DNA of 64,000 nucleotides from the NCBI GenBank assembly GCA_024137785.1, contig JAHRHZ010000115.1:251111-315110 (forward strand), written 5' to 3'. This DNA is from Ginglymostoma cirratum (Eukaryota). Positions 36,665 to 49,837 of the stretch are shown here, one piece after another. The first letter of the stretch is position 1. Every line of letters begins with the position of its first letter. The translations under genes and the position numbers were made by a program. The notes beneath the pieces were generated by a model that was not told where the DNA came from, did no database searches, and saw only the letters and a program-made list of their open reading frames with translations.

Positions 36665-36970
36665 GTTGCATAGTGATTAGCATTACTGCCTCACAGCTCC
36701 AGGGAGCCGGGTTTGATTCTAGCCACAGGAGACTGTCTCTGTGGAGTTCACATGTGGGTTTCCGCTGGGGGCTCTGGTTTCTTCCCACTGTCCAAAGCCG
36801 TTCGGGTTCCGTGGATTGGCCATGCTAAGTTATCCGTAGTGCCCAGAGATGTGCAAGTTACTTGGGTTAACTACGGTGAATGTAGGGTTATGGCGCTAGA
36901 GTGGGATGCTCTTTGGAGGGTTGGTGCAGACTCAATCGGCCTCTATCTGTACTGTAGGGATTCTATGATT
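36665..36970 (+). mobile_element. HE1-type SINE inserted into a LINE 3' fragment
   Basis: gtgattagcattactgcctcacagctccagggagccgggtttgattc...gtagggattctatgatt. LINE tail sequence lies on both sides (36610-36660, 36970-37112). Confidence 0.85.
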
Positions 36971-37199
36971 CACTGGGAGTGTCCCTGCACTCCATGGACT
37001 GCAGGAGTTGAAGAAGGAAGCTCGCCATCACCTTCTCAAGGGGCAAACAGGAATGGACATTAAAGGTTTGCCCAGCCAGTGATGTTTACATCCCAGTGAC
37101 GAATAAAAAAAAGACACCGATGCTGTTGGGTAAAGAGTTCCGGGATTTTTACCCAGTCACGGTGAAAGGACAAAGATAGCCATCCAAATCAATAAAACA

Positions 37200-37785
37200 T
37201 TATGTTTGCTTTGACTCCTCTCTTCCTTTTTATGCATTTAATGCTTCTTACTTTTCAATTTCATTGTAACTTGTCTTCAAAGTTTATTTTGTCGTTCTTT
37301 GTGCTTTTTACTTAGACATCTTTTGGTGGCTTTTAGAACTTTTCCAATCCTCTGGCTCAACACTCATCCTTGCCACATTGTACTTTTTTTTGGTCGATTT
37401 GATACTCTCCTTAATTTGCCACAGTAATCGTGGTCGTTTAATTCTCTTCGTAGAATCCTCCTTCATCACCAGGATGTTTCTTTATTGTGAGTCATGGTTT
37501 CTGCCGTTGTCCAGCAACTGTCTTTTCTGCCAAACTCCTTTCCCAATATACTCCAGACAACTCTGTCCTCATACCTTTGTAAATACCTTAAGTTTAGTGC
37601 CATTGTATCTGACTCCAATTTCTTCCTCTCAAGCCGAATGCCAAATCCTACCATGTTACGGTCACAGTTTTCTAGTGGACCTTTTCCAGAGATCATTTAT
37701 AAAACCTGCCTCATTACACATGACCAGACCGAAACTATCCTGATCTTGGATGGATCCACAATATACAGTTCTCAAAAATAGTTCA
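37200..37785 (-). mobile_element. CR1 ORF2 internal fragment
   Basis: GPLENCDRNMVGFGIRLERKKLESDTMALNLR, an APE C-terminal region of CR1. Confidence 0.6.
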
Positions 37786-38959
37786 GATTACACTTGCTTT
37801 TTCATTGTATTTAGAAAGCTAAAGGAAAACATTTGTAATCCTTGTCACAATCTGATTTAATTGCCAGGATATCTCTCAGCCTCAACATGCCTGTTTTCTC
37901 AGTTAGACTATCAGTTGCATTGTATAATATTCCAGACCTTATTTCAGAACTTGTCTATTTGTGTAGAAACAAACCTATTGTTTTATGAAGACTGTGACCT
38001 CAACCACTGTGACCTCACTTTGAACACCATTTGTAGGATTTAGGTCCAGGAGTCACATATTATTGAAATGAGTTCAAGCTCTCGTGACTTTAGAGTAGTT
38101 TTTTGAGAAGTAACAGTTTAAACCTGAGTCATCAGCTAAAAAGACACAATAAGTGTATGTTCCATAACTGATCAGAGTGGTTTACCAATCCCAGAGGACA
38201 AACCGGTGGATGATGTGGGAGGGGCTGCTGGTCTCTCTGGCTGTTGGCAGCATCTCCTCTGAATAGCTTGCTGGTGTGAACCAGAAGATAGGGGTACACC
38301 TGGACCCAGTCTGGATCACTTTGAAATCGCTTTCCTGTCCAAAGTGATTCCTTTCCTCTAAACAGCAGTTTGCACCTTTACACAGACAGCTGGATGTCCT
38401 GACCCATATGTAAACCCGTCGTATCAGGGTTTGAAATGTTTTGTTTCAGGGTCTGTGTTAGAGACATGTCCTGAATAGAGATAATAGGCCTGTCAGCCAG
38501 CAAGCTGCGACTGAAGCTTTCTTCATAAGAGAAAACAAGTGGGAACTATTTAATAAAATTCAAATCATTTCTGAACGTTTTACAGGGTTATTAGATGGTG
38601 ATTATTTATAGCGTGTTACACAGATTGGATTTGACTCCATTCCTGTGCTGAGGAGATTTCTCTACTAGACAGAGGGAAACATTTGGAGATTCGAGATTCT
38701 CCACCAATTCCTAATCCCCTTCTCCTGGTGGATAATGGACAGGGTGCTGTGTGGAATGTACAGGTCAGTGAGAACTGTCAGCAAGGATTCATCAGCACCT
38801 TCTCATTGGAGATGTTAATCAGTGGAACCTTTCATACACTGAATTATAGAATTTGTACCAAATTAAAATTTAGGCTTGAAGTTAATGTTAAGAATATTGT
38901 TGTCCCTGAATTATGGAGAAAGATCACGGACAGTGGTTCTTAAAAGGACTCTGTCGTCG

Positions 38960-39245
38960 CAAGAATACAATAAGTGATAGTTCCAATATTAAACTCCAAT
39001 CCAGTTACAGGGATTATTAATAATAATAGAAACAAACACGAACTGTCAGAATGAAAGGGGCTCGGTCCTCATTATCATTAACAACACAATCCAATCCCTG
39101 CAGTTACCTGTGAACTTGCGTCTGACTGAGTGAAACCTTTCCCACACTCAGTGCAGGTAATGGGCCTCTCCCCAGCGCGAACCACCAGATTCTACGAATG
39201 ATCAAATTCTTTCCCGCACTCCAATGCACATGAACGGTCTCTCTT
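38960..39245 (-). pseudogene. Remnant C2H2 zinc-finger exon and 3' UTR, unit Z3
   Basis: Minus strand GERPITCTECGKGFTQS...QVHR* followed by the shared ZNF 3' UTR (ctgcagggattggattg). Confidence 0.7.
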
Positions 39246-39338
39246 TCCTCTCCCGCTCCCGGTTTTCTCCCTCCCTCTGCCTGTCTTCAGTTACCCAGCT
39301 CCTGTCTACGGACTGAGAAACAAACCGATGCGTCATTT

Positions 39339-39465
39339 TTCTGAAGAAGGGTCCCGACCCGAAATGTCAGCTTTCCTCCTCCTTTGATGCTGCCTGGCCC
39401 GCTGTGTTCCTCCATCTCCACACCTTGTTACCTCAGATTCCAGCATCAGCAGTTCCTTCTATCTC
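39339..39465 (+). mobile_element. Penelope terminal-repeat fragment with hammerhead core
   Basis: CTGAAGA-AGGGTCCCGACCC-GAAA-TGTC. Confidence 0.75.
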
Positions 39466-39469
39466 CCAA

Positions 39470-39800
39470 TGTGTCAATCATTGTCCCTCCTGGTCACGTG
39501 GGCCCCACCTGCCCCGCCTATTCCTCAATGGGGACATTGCGCCTGCGCACCGTTCACCACTGACGGCATTTGCAGTTTACGCGAGGAGCTAATAAACCCT
39601 CTCTCCTCAAACCGCAGTTATAATCCGCCCTTCCACTCCCCTCGGCGCCTTTCACCGACTGTCAGCCACAACCTTCGTCTGCGCCATTACCATCGCACTG
39701 CTGCCTATGCTCACAACGCAGGGCACATTGCTCATGCGCAGAGGTCCGTCGTGTCGTACAGATAGAGGACATTCACAGCCGCGGGGAGCGCTGGGTAAAG
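39470..39800. promoter_or_regulatory. CpG-rich housekeeping-type promoter island
   Basis: CACGTG E-box ~39495, GC box gccccgcc ~39511, NRF1-like tgcgcctgcgca ~39538 and gctcatgcgca ~39730, YY1-like cgccatt ~39682. Confidence 0.6.
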
Positions 39801-40229
39801 GGCCTCTTAACAGAACGTAAACCGTTCATTAGTTTTTGTTCATTGTGACCACGGCCACAAACCAATTGAAATCAGGGCGGTTATGTAAAGATATTCAGCA
39901 CACACACGTATCCCTAACGTCATTTTAGTTAGAGAAGTCTGAAGTTCTTAAATGCTCTGTTGTCTCACACACTGGATTGGAACCTGCAATGCAATGTTAA
40001 AATTGTGTACTTGTAAGTCTCTGCGTTGCTAGTGTTCCCAGCAAGTTGTATGATAATAGGAATACCAGCCTACCATTTCCGTGTAGCAAATAGGAAAAAA
40101 AATGACAAACAATTAGTCAGATCCCCATCTATGATGAAAAGAAAAGAGCTTTTCCATCTTGTTAGATTCCGCAGATTCTGTGTGTCAAGAATTTATAGAG
40201 GGAACGTTTACATGGCTTATAGCATTCAT

Positions 40230-40830
40230 AGGCCTTGACAAAGCCTGGGATGAATGAGAAAAGCTAGTTTTCTTTTGTTTAGCCTGTACCGTAGCAGGGG
40301 CAGCAAAGTAATTGGACAGATTCCAATCACTTTTTCCAAAGTGGAATTTGAGGAAAAGACAAAGGCGCAGGTTTTGGATGTGACTAAGTGTTTGAGGACT
40401 TATGGGAGAGGAATGGGAAGTTGGAGAAGGAGCAAGTGGTAGAGGTTATTGTGAAGGGAGTGTTTGATGATGCCAAATTGGAGGGAGAGAAGGATGATAA
40501 CTGAAGAGAAATAACTGCTCAAAGGGTCAATGAACACTTTGAGGTTGGGTGGTCAACAATTTAGTTTGAGAAAGTTCCATAAAACAAAAGCTGTATCATG
40601 GAGGAGATGAGCTTTGACAGGGATGACAGGAGATAAGAAACAGACATAAGAGAAATATGGATTCAAGGTTCACTTAAGGAGGAACTTCTGAGACAGTTTG
40701 GTCCAGTAAGTCATTAGAGGGGAGGGTGGTTGCAGAGCTACTTTTTGGATGGAGGAGACAAGGGAAAACCCTCGGAAGGATAACCCTTATGTTAGAGATA
40801 TTAAAAAGACGACTTTTTATCATAGAGGTA
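40230..40830 (-). mobile_element. Old L2-like fragment downstream of Z4
   Basis: Purine-rich plus strand, homologous in reverse to 30790-31000 and 59330-59640. Confidence 0.5.
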
Positions 40831-40899
40831 TTTTAATTGAATTTTATCCAGAATATTGCTACAAATGACTGAGCTGGCACTTGTCAACATAAGTACAAA

Positions 40900-42081
40900 C
40901 AGACCCCAAGGTACATGGTTCAGTGCTGGGTGTGATTATCAGAAAAAAATGCATTCACTATTGTCACTTGTGAGCTCACTGGTATTTCACTAGGTGTAAG
41001 GACTAACAGATTCCCTACCCACATTTGAAGCAAATGTATGGTGTTTGCCCAAAATGAGGTCACTAGCGTATCAGCAGATTGGATAGTCGCACTGAGTGAT
41101 TCCCTTCCCACATTGAAGCCAGGTGAAAAGTCTCTCTGAAGTGTAAGTGTGTTGGTGCATATTCAGTTGAGATAATTGCCTGAAGCCTATTCCGCAGTGA
41201 ATATACTTGAATGGCTTCTCTCAACAACATAAACATGCTAATGGTACGTCAGTTCCTGGGGACTTTTGTGGCATTTCCCATAGCAATTAGAGGGTCTTTT
41301 ATCAGTGTGAATTTGTTGGTGTGTTATCAGATCGGATGAACAAATGAATCCCTTCCCACACTCTGAGCAGGGGAATGGTCACTACCTAGAGTGAATGCAC
41401 TGCTATGGCAGCATGTTAGATGCCTGAGTAAATCATTTCCCACACAAAGAGCTGGTGAATAGTCTCTTCCCACTGTGAACTCACTGGTATTTCAGCAGCT
41501 TGGATGAGCACGAGAACAGTCTTCTCTCAGCATGGATTTGCTGGCGCATAGTGAGGGCAAATGATCACTTTAATCCAGTATCACAGGGAGATCACCTGAA
41601 TGATCTCACATGAGCGTGAACTCTTTGGTGTAACATCATGTGGTATGACTGTCTGAACCGCTGCCCACAGTCAGAGCACGTAAATGGCTTCTCCTGACTG
41701 TGATCCACTGGTGTCTCAGTAGGGCAGTTATGGAATAACTCACTTCACACATTCTGGGCAGTTGATAGGCCTCTCCCAGTGCGACTTCACCAATGTTGTC
41801 CCTGCACAGATGGGTAATTGAATCCCTTCTGAAACTCCCCACAAGTCCACTGTTTATTCCAGTGGTGACTGCACTTATGTTCTGACACATCAGATGGCTG
41901 GCTGAAGGCTAGTCTACATATACAGTACGTGTATGGGTTGTCTCTACCGTGACTGGTGTTTCTAGTTTCTATTTTCGAAATCCAATAATATTGGGGTTTC
42001 CATAAATGAGGCGACACCATCAAATTATGATGTGATCCTGGGTTTCAGTTTCTGAACTGTGAATCTTTCTCATCCAATAGC
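40900..42081 (-). pseudogene. Decayed C2H2 zinc-finger exon, unit Z4
   Basis: Acceptor aatttcacag at 42082-42091. HGRDNPYTYCIC..HKCSH and WTCGEFQKGFNYPS, with repeated cttcccacac / gtgaact finger signatures and multiple stops. Confidence 0.82.
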
Positions 42082-42789
42082 CTGTGAAATTTATTTGAAA
42101 CAGAAAAAACAGAGAGTGAGACAGAACCACAAAAACACAAAGGCAGATTGTGAAATTGAACAAAATGAATTCACACATTTCTGGGGTCAGCAGGAGGAAA
42201 ATCTGATCGTGAAAGCAGCTAGATTGCCCCCAAAACCCAACTGCTTCAGTCATGTCATTCTGGGAAAGGAACCTGCGACCCAAACTAGACCAACACAAGA
42301 CTCTGGCCTCTGTTGGAGACAGGCGGATGAGGAAAAAGATAATGAAGAAGGATTTTATACATTATTCCCAGAAAATTTGTAAAATGTCCCTAGTCCTCAA
42401 ATAGCACTACTTAGCAGGACCATGAATAACAGCAGCTCAATTTGCCCTCCAAATCACTGACAAGCATGACTTGTCTGATATCTAGTACTGATGAACAGAA
42501 ATTTTCACCATTTAAATATTGGGAAGACTGAAGCTGATGTCTACTCTCTTCCATACCCATTAGGACTCCTTGGCAACTGTCTGAATCAGACTGTTCAAAA
42601 CTCCAGTGCCATATGAGCTTCAGCCACATATTTACCCAATATCCATGCCCACCATTTACAGGTCAGTAACATCACCTGACCACACCCTAGCTTCAGTTCA
42701 TTTCTTGGTGAAACGGTTCCCCATTCCTTCATTACCACCAGGTTTACCAGTCCAAACAAACAAACACCCCACACCCAGTCATCTTGTAA

Positions 42790-43550
42790 CAATCGTGCCA
42801 CACAAATTCAAGGCTAAGACTATCAACAAGAAGAGACAATTTAACCACCACCCCTTGACATTCAATGGCGTTACCATCAGTGAATTCCCCCAATATCAAT
42901 ATCCTGGGGTTATCACTGACCAGAAACTCAACTGGATTTGCTACATAAACTCAGTGGCTACAAGTGCAGGATATAGGCTAGGAATACCATGGTGACTAAC
43001 TCACTTCCTGACTCCCCAAAGCTTGTCCATCATCTACAAGGCACAAATCAGAAGCGTGATAGAATACTCCCCACTTGCCTGTATGAGTGCAGTTCTAACA
43101 CTCAAGAAGCCTGACACCATCCACGACAAAGTAGCCGCTTGATTGGCACTACAGCCACATGCATCCACTCCCTCCACTGCCGACGCTCAGTAGCAGCAGT
43201 GTGTACTGTCTGCAAGATCTACTGCGGAAATTCAAAGATCCTCAGACTGCATCTTCCAAACCTAAGACCACTTCCATGTAGAAGGACAAGGGCAACAGAT
43301 ACATGGGAACACCACCATCTGCAAGTTCCCCTCCAAGCCACTTGGAAATCTATTGTTGTTTCTTCAGCGTCACTGCGTCACAATCCTGGAATTCCCTCCT
43401 TAGGGGACATTGTGGGTCAACCACAGCAGGTGGCTACAGCAGTTCAAAAAGGCAGCTCAGCAGCACTTTCTCCAGGGCAGCTAGGGCCAGGTAATAAATG
43501 CTGGCTAGCCAGTGACACCAGCATTCGACAAATGATTTTTTTAAAAAAAA
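42790..43550 (+). mobile_element. 3' fragment of the ORF1-less LINE family
   Basis: HHPLTFNGVTISE..GVITDQKLNW and catctacaaggcacaaatcag. Tail gggccaggtaataaatgctggctagcc. Confidence 0.85.
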
Positions 43551-43623
43551 ACTGTTGCTGATTTGAACATACATAGGAGATCCTTTATCACCTTCAGTTA
43601 ACAGACTTGTTTCCTTCAACTAG

Positions 43624-43968
43624 GGCAGCACAGTGGCTCAGCGATTAGTACTGATACCTCACAGCACCAGGGACTGGGGTTCAATTCCACTCTTGAGTAA
43701 CTGTCTGTGTGGAGTTTGCACATTCTCTCTATATCTGCGTGGGTTTCTGCCCGATGCTTCTTTTTCGTCCCACAGTCCAAAGATGTGCAAGCTAGGTGAA
43801 TCAGCCTGCTAAATCGCCCATAGCATTCAGGGGTGTGTCGGTTAGGTGTGTTAGCCATTGGAAATGTGCTGTTACAATGAAAAGGCTAAGGGAATGGGGA
43901 TGGAGATGGATCGGTGTGGACATGTTGGACCAAATGGCCTGTTTCCACACTATAGGGGTTCTATGATT
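43624..43968 (+). mobile_element. HE1-type SINE
   Basis: ggcagcacagtggctcagcgattag...ggggttcaattcc...ggggttctatgattctat. Confidence 0.88.
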
Positions 43969-43969
43969 C

Positions 43970-44225
43970 TATCCAGCCTTTCCTTATAGCTCAAACCTTC
44001 CAGTTGTGGTAATATCCTGATAAAACGTTTTTGCATCCTTTCCAGTTTAATAACATTCTTTCTATAACAGGGTGACCATAATTGCATGCAGTACTCCAAA
44101 AGTGGCCTCACCAATGTCCTGTACAGCTGTAGCATGACGTCCCAACCACTGTAGTCCATGCTCTAACCAATGAAGCCAAGCATGCCAAATGCCTTCTTCA
44201 TCACCTGACTACCTGTGACACCAGG
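43970..44225 (-). mobile_element. CR1 fragment
   Basis: MLQLYRTLVRPLLEYCMQLWSPCYRKNVIKLERMQKRF. Confidence 0.88.
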
Positions 44226-44279
44226 GACACAATTCTTGTGAATGACAAGAACACACATTTGACCACAGCTGAAGTTCTA

Positions 44280-44770
44280 CACTCAGTTCTGGTTCCCACA
44301 TTTCATGATAGATGTGATCACACCACAGACGATACAGAGGAGATTGATTAAGGTATTTCCAGGATTGCAGAATTTTAACTCCGAGGAAAGATTGGATAGG
44401 CTGGGGTTGTTTTCTGTGGAACAGAGGAGACTGAGGTGAGATTTAATTGAAGTGACAAGATAATGAGGAGTCCAGATAGGTTGGATAGGAAGGAGGTATT
44501 CATTATCAGAGAGGTCTGTAAGTGGCACTTTTAGATTTAAAGTAATTCGTGGAAAGAGGGAGAGGGGAGAAATAATTTCACCCAGGGATGGTGGTGAGCT
44601 GTAACTCACTGTGTGATCGGGTGGTAGAAGCACAAACCCACATCATATTTTCAAAAAACTAACATGGAAATGTTTGAAAAGGGGAACATAAAGGGATATA
44701 GACTAAGATCTGTCGAATGGGATCAGCCTGTATAGTTCTATTTCAACCACAAAAATATGGTGGGCCAAGT
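44280..44770 (+). mobile_element. Older CR1 3' fragment
   Basis: cagttctggttcccacat...ggctggggttgttttctgtggaacagaggagactgaggtgagattt. Confidence 0.7.
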
Positions 44771-46029
44771 AGCCTCAATCTCTGGTGTAATTTTCAGCTG
44801 TTTTTATTCTGGCCATTGGAGCTTGTTTTGATGATGTTAAAAACCTCTTGCATTGGACCGGAGTTGAATATTCTGGAGAAATGTCAAATAAATCAGCTTT
44901 GCTTCAAACACATCATTGCAGATTGTTGTATTTCTCACCTGAGTATTTAATATCATCTGGAGGTCAGGAAGGACAACCTCAGGGAAGGATCAGACAGTGG
45001 CAATGGAACTTCAGTCTGGACACATCCTTCAGGTCACACTGAGGGGGACAAATAGCACTTTGGTCTTTTTTTGTCTCTCTTCACGGACAGCAAAGCTCCA
45101 GTGTGGGTTACTCCTGCGGTGTGTTAGAAATGTGTCCCAGCCACCATCTTCCATGGTTCAGAGCTCCTAGACATGGAACAGAATCTCATTTGCAATTGGG
45201 TTTAAAGTCAGATGAAGAACAATAGGGAATGCTGGAAATATGCTTCAAATCAGTGATTAGTGTAAAACTGATCTGTTCCAAACTGCAAGTGAACCTGCAG
45301 GTTTAAGTTTCCCCCACATTGGTAAAGATAAAATAGTGTTTGGCAAACCAAGCTGAGCTAGAAATTATACTTCACCAAACGCATGACCCATGGGGCAGGT
45401 TGACAAAACATTAAATTTCATAATTGAAGAACCACACATAGCACACATTGATTGGTCATGAGGGGGTGCAATTGGGTTGGTGTTGGTGATGGGAAGTGTT
45501 CTTTCTGAAACAGTCTCACCTGAATGTGCCTACATTAATTTATGACTTTCTAATGATGTGGGACCTATGCCCCAGGTTTGTTCTTTCTTGTTTTCCATGA
45601 TTTGATTTTTTTTAAAATTAAATCTCTACTAAATCAGGTTATTGTTGAAACACAGAAATCCAGAAGACTTTAACTCACTGGTAAAGTCAATCCCTAGCAA
45701 AAAACAAGAGTTTTACACTGTGCTTATAAAAACAAAGTGCTGGTGAAACTCAGCACATCTGGCAGTGTCTTGGAGAAACAGTTAATGTTTCAAATCCAAT
45801 TACTCTTCTTCAGAAGAGTGTTCAATACAGACTTCCAGATCTACTATTTTTGTCCAACAGTTCTAGATGTTATTTCAGATCACAGATGTACAGTCTCTAC
45901 CCAGTGTGAATGCATGCACGTACGATGATGTTATGATCATTTACAAAATATACAATTTTATTAACATTTTAACTGCCAAAGACGACTGTTCATTCCTTGG
46001 TATGAATAAGAGAAAACATCCTTCAACTG

Positions 46030-46460
46030 TGTTTATTTGTGAATTCACTGGTCTCAGCAGGTTGGATGATTAAGTAATTGCTATCCGACAATCGGAGAAG
46101 TGAATAGTCTCCCTCCAGTGTGAACTTACTGGTGTGTGACCAGGTTGGGTGCCAGACTGAATCCCTTCCCACACACACAGCAAGTGGATGTTTTCTCTCC
46201 AGTATGAACTTGCTGGTGTCTCAGCAGGGAGGATGACAGAGTGAATCTCTTCCCACACTGGGAGCAGCTGAACAGTTTCTCCCCAATGTGAACTTGCTGG
46301 TGCATCCAGAGAGTGAATGATGAAGTCATTCCCTTCCCATACAGAGAGTAAGTGATTGGTATCTCTCCAATATGAACTCACTGGTGTGTGAGCAGGTTGG
46401 AAGACTGGGTCAATCGTTTCCCACAATTAGAGCAGGTGAATGGCTTCTCCCCAGTGCTTT
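46030..46460 (-). pseudogene. Decayed C2H2 zinc-finger exon, 5'-truncated at a CR1/Penelope block, unit Z5
   Basis: HIGEKLFSCSQCGKRFTLSSSLLRHQQVHTGEKTSTCCVCGKGFSLAPNLVTHQ* (ORF 46126-46329). Confidence 0.85.
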
Positions 46461-46461
46461 T

Positions 46462-46631
46462 TAACATTCTACCTAACTCCCAGAACTGCTGTTGCAGGAC
46501 CTCGTCACGCATCCTACCTGTGTCGTTCGTACCAATATGTACCACAACCTCTGGCTGTTCACCCTCTTCCTTCAGAATGCTTTCTGCCCATTCAGAGACA
46601 TCCTGGCCTCTGGCACCATACCATCCTGGAG
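46462..46631 (-). mobile_element. CR1 ORF1 esterase fragment, part distal to the Penelope insertion
   Basis: Minus strand SRMV...[22 protein letters not shown] continues the ORF1 frame broken at 49035. Confidence 0.75.
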
Positions 46632-49034
46632 ACAGTAAGGACTGCCAATGTTGGAGTCAGAGATATCACATTGTGGAGCTGGAGGAACACAGCAGGCCAG
46701 GCTGCATCAGAGGAACAGGAAAGTTGACATTTCAGGTCGGGATGCTTCTTCAAAAATGGGAAGGGGGAAGGGAGCTCAGAAATAAATAGAGAAGGAGGGG
46801 TGGGACAGGGGAAGATAGGTGGGATGGTGATAGGTGAATGCAGGTGGGAGTAATTGGGATTGGTCAGTGAGGTGGGAGGGGAGGATAAGTGGAAAGAGAG
46901 AGGAGCAGGTTGTGTCAAGTCAAGGAGGTGGGAAAGAAAGGGAGGGTTGGTCATGTGATAAGGCCAGGGATGTGGAGATTTTGAAACTGGTAAAAGCCAT
47001 GTTTAGGCCATTGGGCGTAGGCTCACAAGGCGGAATATGAGGTGTTGATCCTCCAGTTTGCAGGTGGCATCATTGTGACACTGGAGTAAGCCCAGGATGG
47101 ACATGTTCACCCAGGGAGTAGGAGGGGGAGTTAAAATGGTTTGCAACTGGAAGGTGTTGTTGTTTGTCGCAAACAGAACATAGATGCCCTACAAAATGGT
47201 CTCTCAGCCTTCGATTGGTCTCACTGATGCAGAGGAGACAACATCAGGAGCAGCAGACCACATTGACAGAAGGTCTATTTTGTGCCTTGAATGGAGGTGA
47301 GGGGGTTGGTGTAGGGGCAGGTGTAGCACTTCCAGCGGTTGAAGGGAAAGGTGCCGGGGTGGTGGGGTTAGTGGGGAGTGTGGAGCGGATGAGGGGGTCG
47401 CAGAGAGAGCTGTCCCTACGAAAGGCAGATAGGGGTGGGGAGGGAAATATATCTTCGGTTGTGGGGTCGGATTGTCAGTGGCAGAAGTGGCGGAGAATGA
47501 TATGTTGGATGTGGAGGTTGGTGGGGTGATATGTGAGGATTCTGTCTTTGTTTTTGTTGGGGGGAGAGGATGTGAGGGCAGAGGTGTGACAAACGTGAGC
47601 GATGCGGTTGAGGGCATTTTCGAACACCGGCGGTGTGGGTGGGGGAGTTGTGGTCTTTGAAAATAGGAGGACATCTGGGATGTGCGGGCATGGAACGCCC
47701 CATCTTGGGAGCACATGCAGCAGAGGCAGAGGAATTTGGATGAGGGGAGTGCATTCTTGCAGGCAGGTGGGTGAAAGGAGGTGTAGTCTAAGTAGCTGAG
47801 GGAGTCAGTGGGCTTGAAATAGAAGTCTGTTTCAAGGTGGTCGCCACTAATGGAGATGGACAGACCCAGGAAGGAGACAGAGGTATCAGAGATGGTCCAG
47901 GTGAATTGGAGGTTGGGGCGAAAAGTGTTAGTAAAGTTGATGAACTGTTCAAGCTCCTCGTGGGAGCATGATGCAACACAGATACGGTCATCAATGTAGC
48001 GGAGGAAGAGGTAGAGGATAGTGCCAGTGTAACAGCAGAAGAGGGGCTGTTCCACGTATCCTATGAAGAGGCAGGGATAGCTTGGGCCCATGCGGGTACC
48101 CACGGCCACCCCCTTAGTCTGTAGGAAGTGGGAGGAGTTAAAGGAGAAGTTGTTAAGGGTAAGAACGAGTTTGGTTGAGCAAATGAGGGTGTTGGTGGAG
48201 AGGGATTGGTTGGACCTGCGGGAGAGGAAGAAGCGGAGGGATTTTAGGCCTCCACATGGGGGATACAAGTGTACAGGGATTGGATATCCATAGTGAAGAT
48301 GAGGTGTTGGGGGCCAGGCAATTGAAAGTCTTGGAGGAGGTGGAGGGCATGGGTGTTGTCGTGGACATAGGTGGAGAGTTCCAGGACTGGGGGAAGAAAA
48401 CAGAGTGAAGGTAAGTGGAGTGAAGTTCAGTGGGGCAGGAGCAGGCAGAGGCAATGGGTCAGCTGGGACAATCAGGTTTGTGAATTTTGGGAAGGAGACA
48501 GAAATTGGTGGACTGAGATTGGGGAGCAATGAGGTTGGAGGCTGTGGATGGGAGGTCACCTGATGGGGTTGTGGACGGTTTCAGAGATGACGTTTTGGTG
48601 CTCTGGAGTGGGGTCATGATCGAGGGGACAGTAGGAGGTGTCAGAAAGTTGGCGTCCGGCATCGGCTATGTAAATGTCAGTGCGCCATACCACTATTGCG
48701 CTTCCCTTATGCGGGTTTAATAATGATGTTTAGGTTGGAGTGGAGGGCTGCACGTTCCGTGGGGGAGAGATTGGAGTGAGTGAGAAGGGTGGAGGGGTTG
48801 AGGTGATCGATGTCGTGACGGCAGTTGGAGATGAAGAGTCGAGGGATGGTCGGAGGCCTTGGGGTGGCATCCAGGAGGATGGGGTGTGTTGGAGGCAGGA
48901 GAAGGGGTCCGTGCAGGGAGGTTTAGGCACGCGGTTAAAGAGACGGCCAAACGTGAACAGAATTCATTGATGTGTGGGTGCAGGGGAATGAAGGTGAGTC
49001 CTTTCCTGAGGACCGACCATTCATCCTCAGTGAG
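46632..49034 (-). mobile_element. Penelope-like retroelement (RT + degenerate GIY-YIG), decayed
   Basis: NNFSFNSSHFLQTKGVAVGTRMGPSY..FLRYIDD..FTWT..FL..KPTDS.SYLDYTS.HP in ORF 47204-48559. GIY-YIG-like LLCISETNRRLRDHF.GH ~47180-47265. Terminal repeat at 46632-46755. 8-bp TSD tcctggag. Confidence 0.9.
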
Positions 49035-49500
49035 TCCTGGAGTCTCTTTTGCGTCCATAGAAGTGCCTATCAGTACCCTTAACTATAGAGTCCCCTATAA
49101 CTATTGCTTTATTGCTCTTTGTCCTTCCCTTCTTAAGAAAAAAGCCAACCGTGGTGCAACCAGTCTGGCTACTGCTGCTATTATCTCCTGATAGGTCATT
49201 CTCCCCAACAGTATCCAAAATGGTATACTTGTTAAAGGGGGAGATGACCACAGGGGATTCCTGCACTGGCTCCCTGCCCCTCTAGCTGTCACCCATTCAT
49301 CTGTCTGCTCCTTGGGTGTCACTACATCTCTAAAAGTACTATCTATGATGCTTTCCACCACCCTCGTGCTCCTAAGTGCATCCAATTGCTGCCCCAACTT
49401 GTCCATGCAGTCTGTGAGGAGCTGCAATTGGACAACAATTTGCTCCTCAGCAAAACACCCCTGGAAGCAGTGACTGGACTTATGCAAGTCTTCCCCAAGT
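49035..49500 (-). mobile_element. CR1 ORF1 fragment (SGNH esterase)
   Basis: NKYTILDTV...KAIVIGDSIVKGTDRHFYGRKRDSR. Confidence 0.8.
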
Positions 49501-49837
49501 CAGCCAATCAGCATCACCATTCTGCTGCCTTCTTCCAGGAGAACATTCCTGATAAACACGCTTATCACTCTCCTTTGTATCCTCCTTGTGTAATTCCATC
49601 TCTTCTGTGAAATGAGGTGACCAGAACTACATACACTACTCAACTTGTGAAATACACACCCCTCTGCCCATTGCCCAGCATGATATAATAGTCAAGTTCA
49701 TCTCTTCCCTTTGCCCCGCATAAAGACTGTGGTTGTAAACCAAGCCCTTAATTCTGGCGTAAAACCTCACAGCCGCAGAATCAGTATTATCAGGGGACTG
49801 TGAGCTTCCCATCCATGGTCTGAGACCTACTCCAGAG

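Noticed and set aside
43624-43700. tRNA gene
   Set aside because: The A/B boxes belong to an HE1-type SINE head followed by SINE body and CR1-like tail. The same applies to the other copies.
47204-48559. 451-aa ORF as a host gene
   Set aside because: It is a frameshifted Penelope reverse transcriptase.
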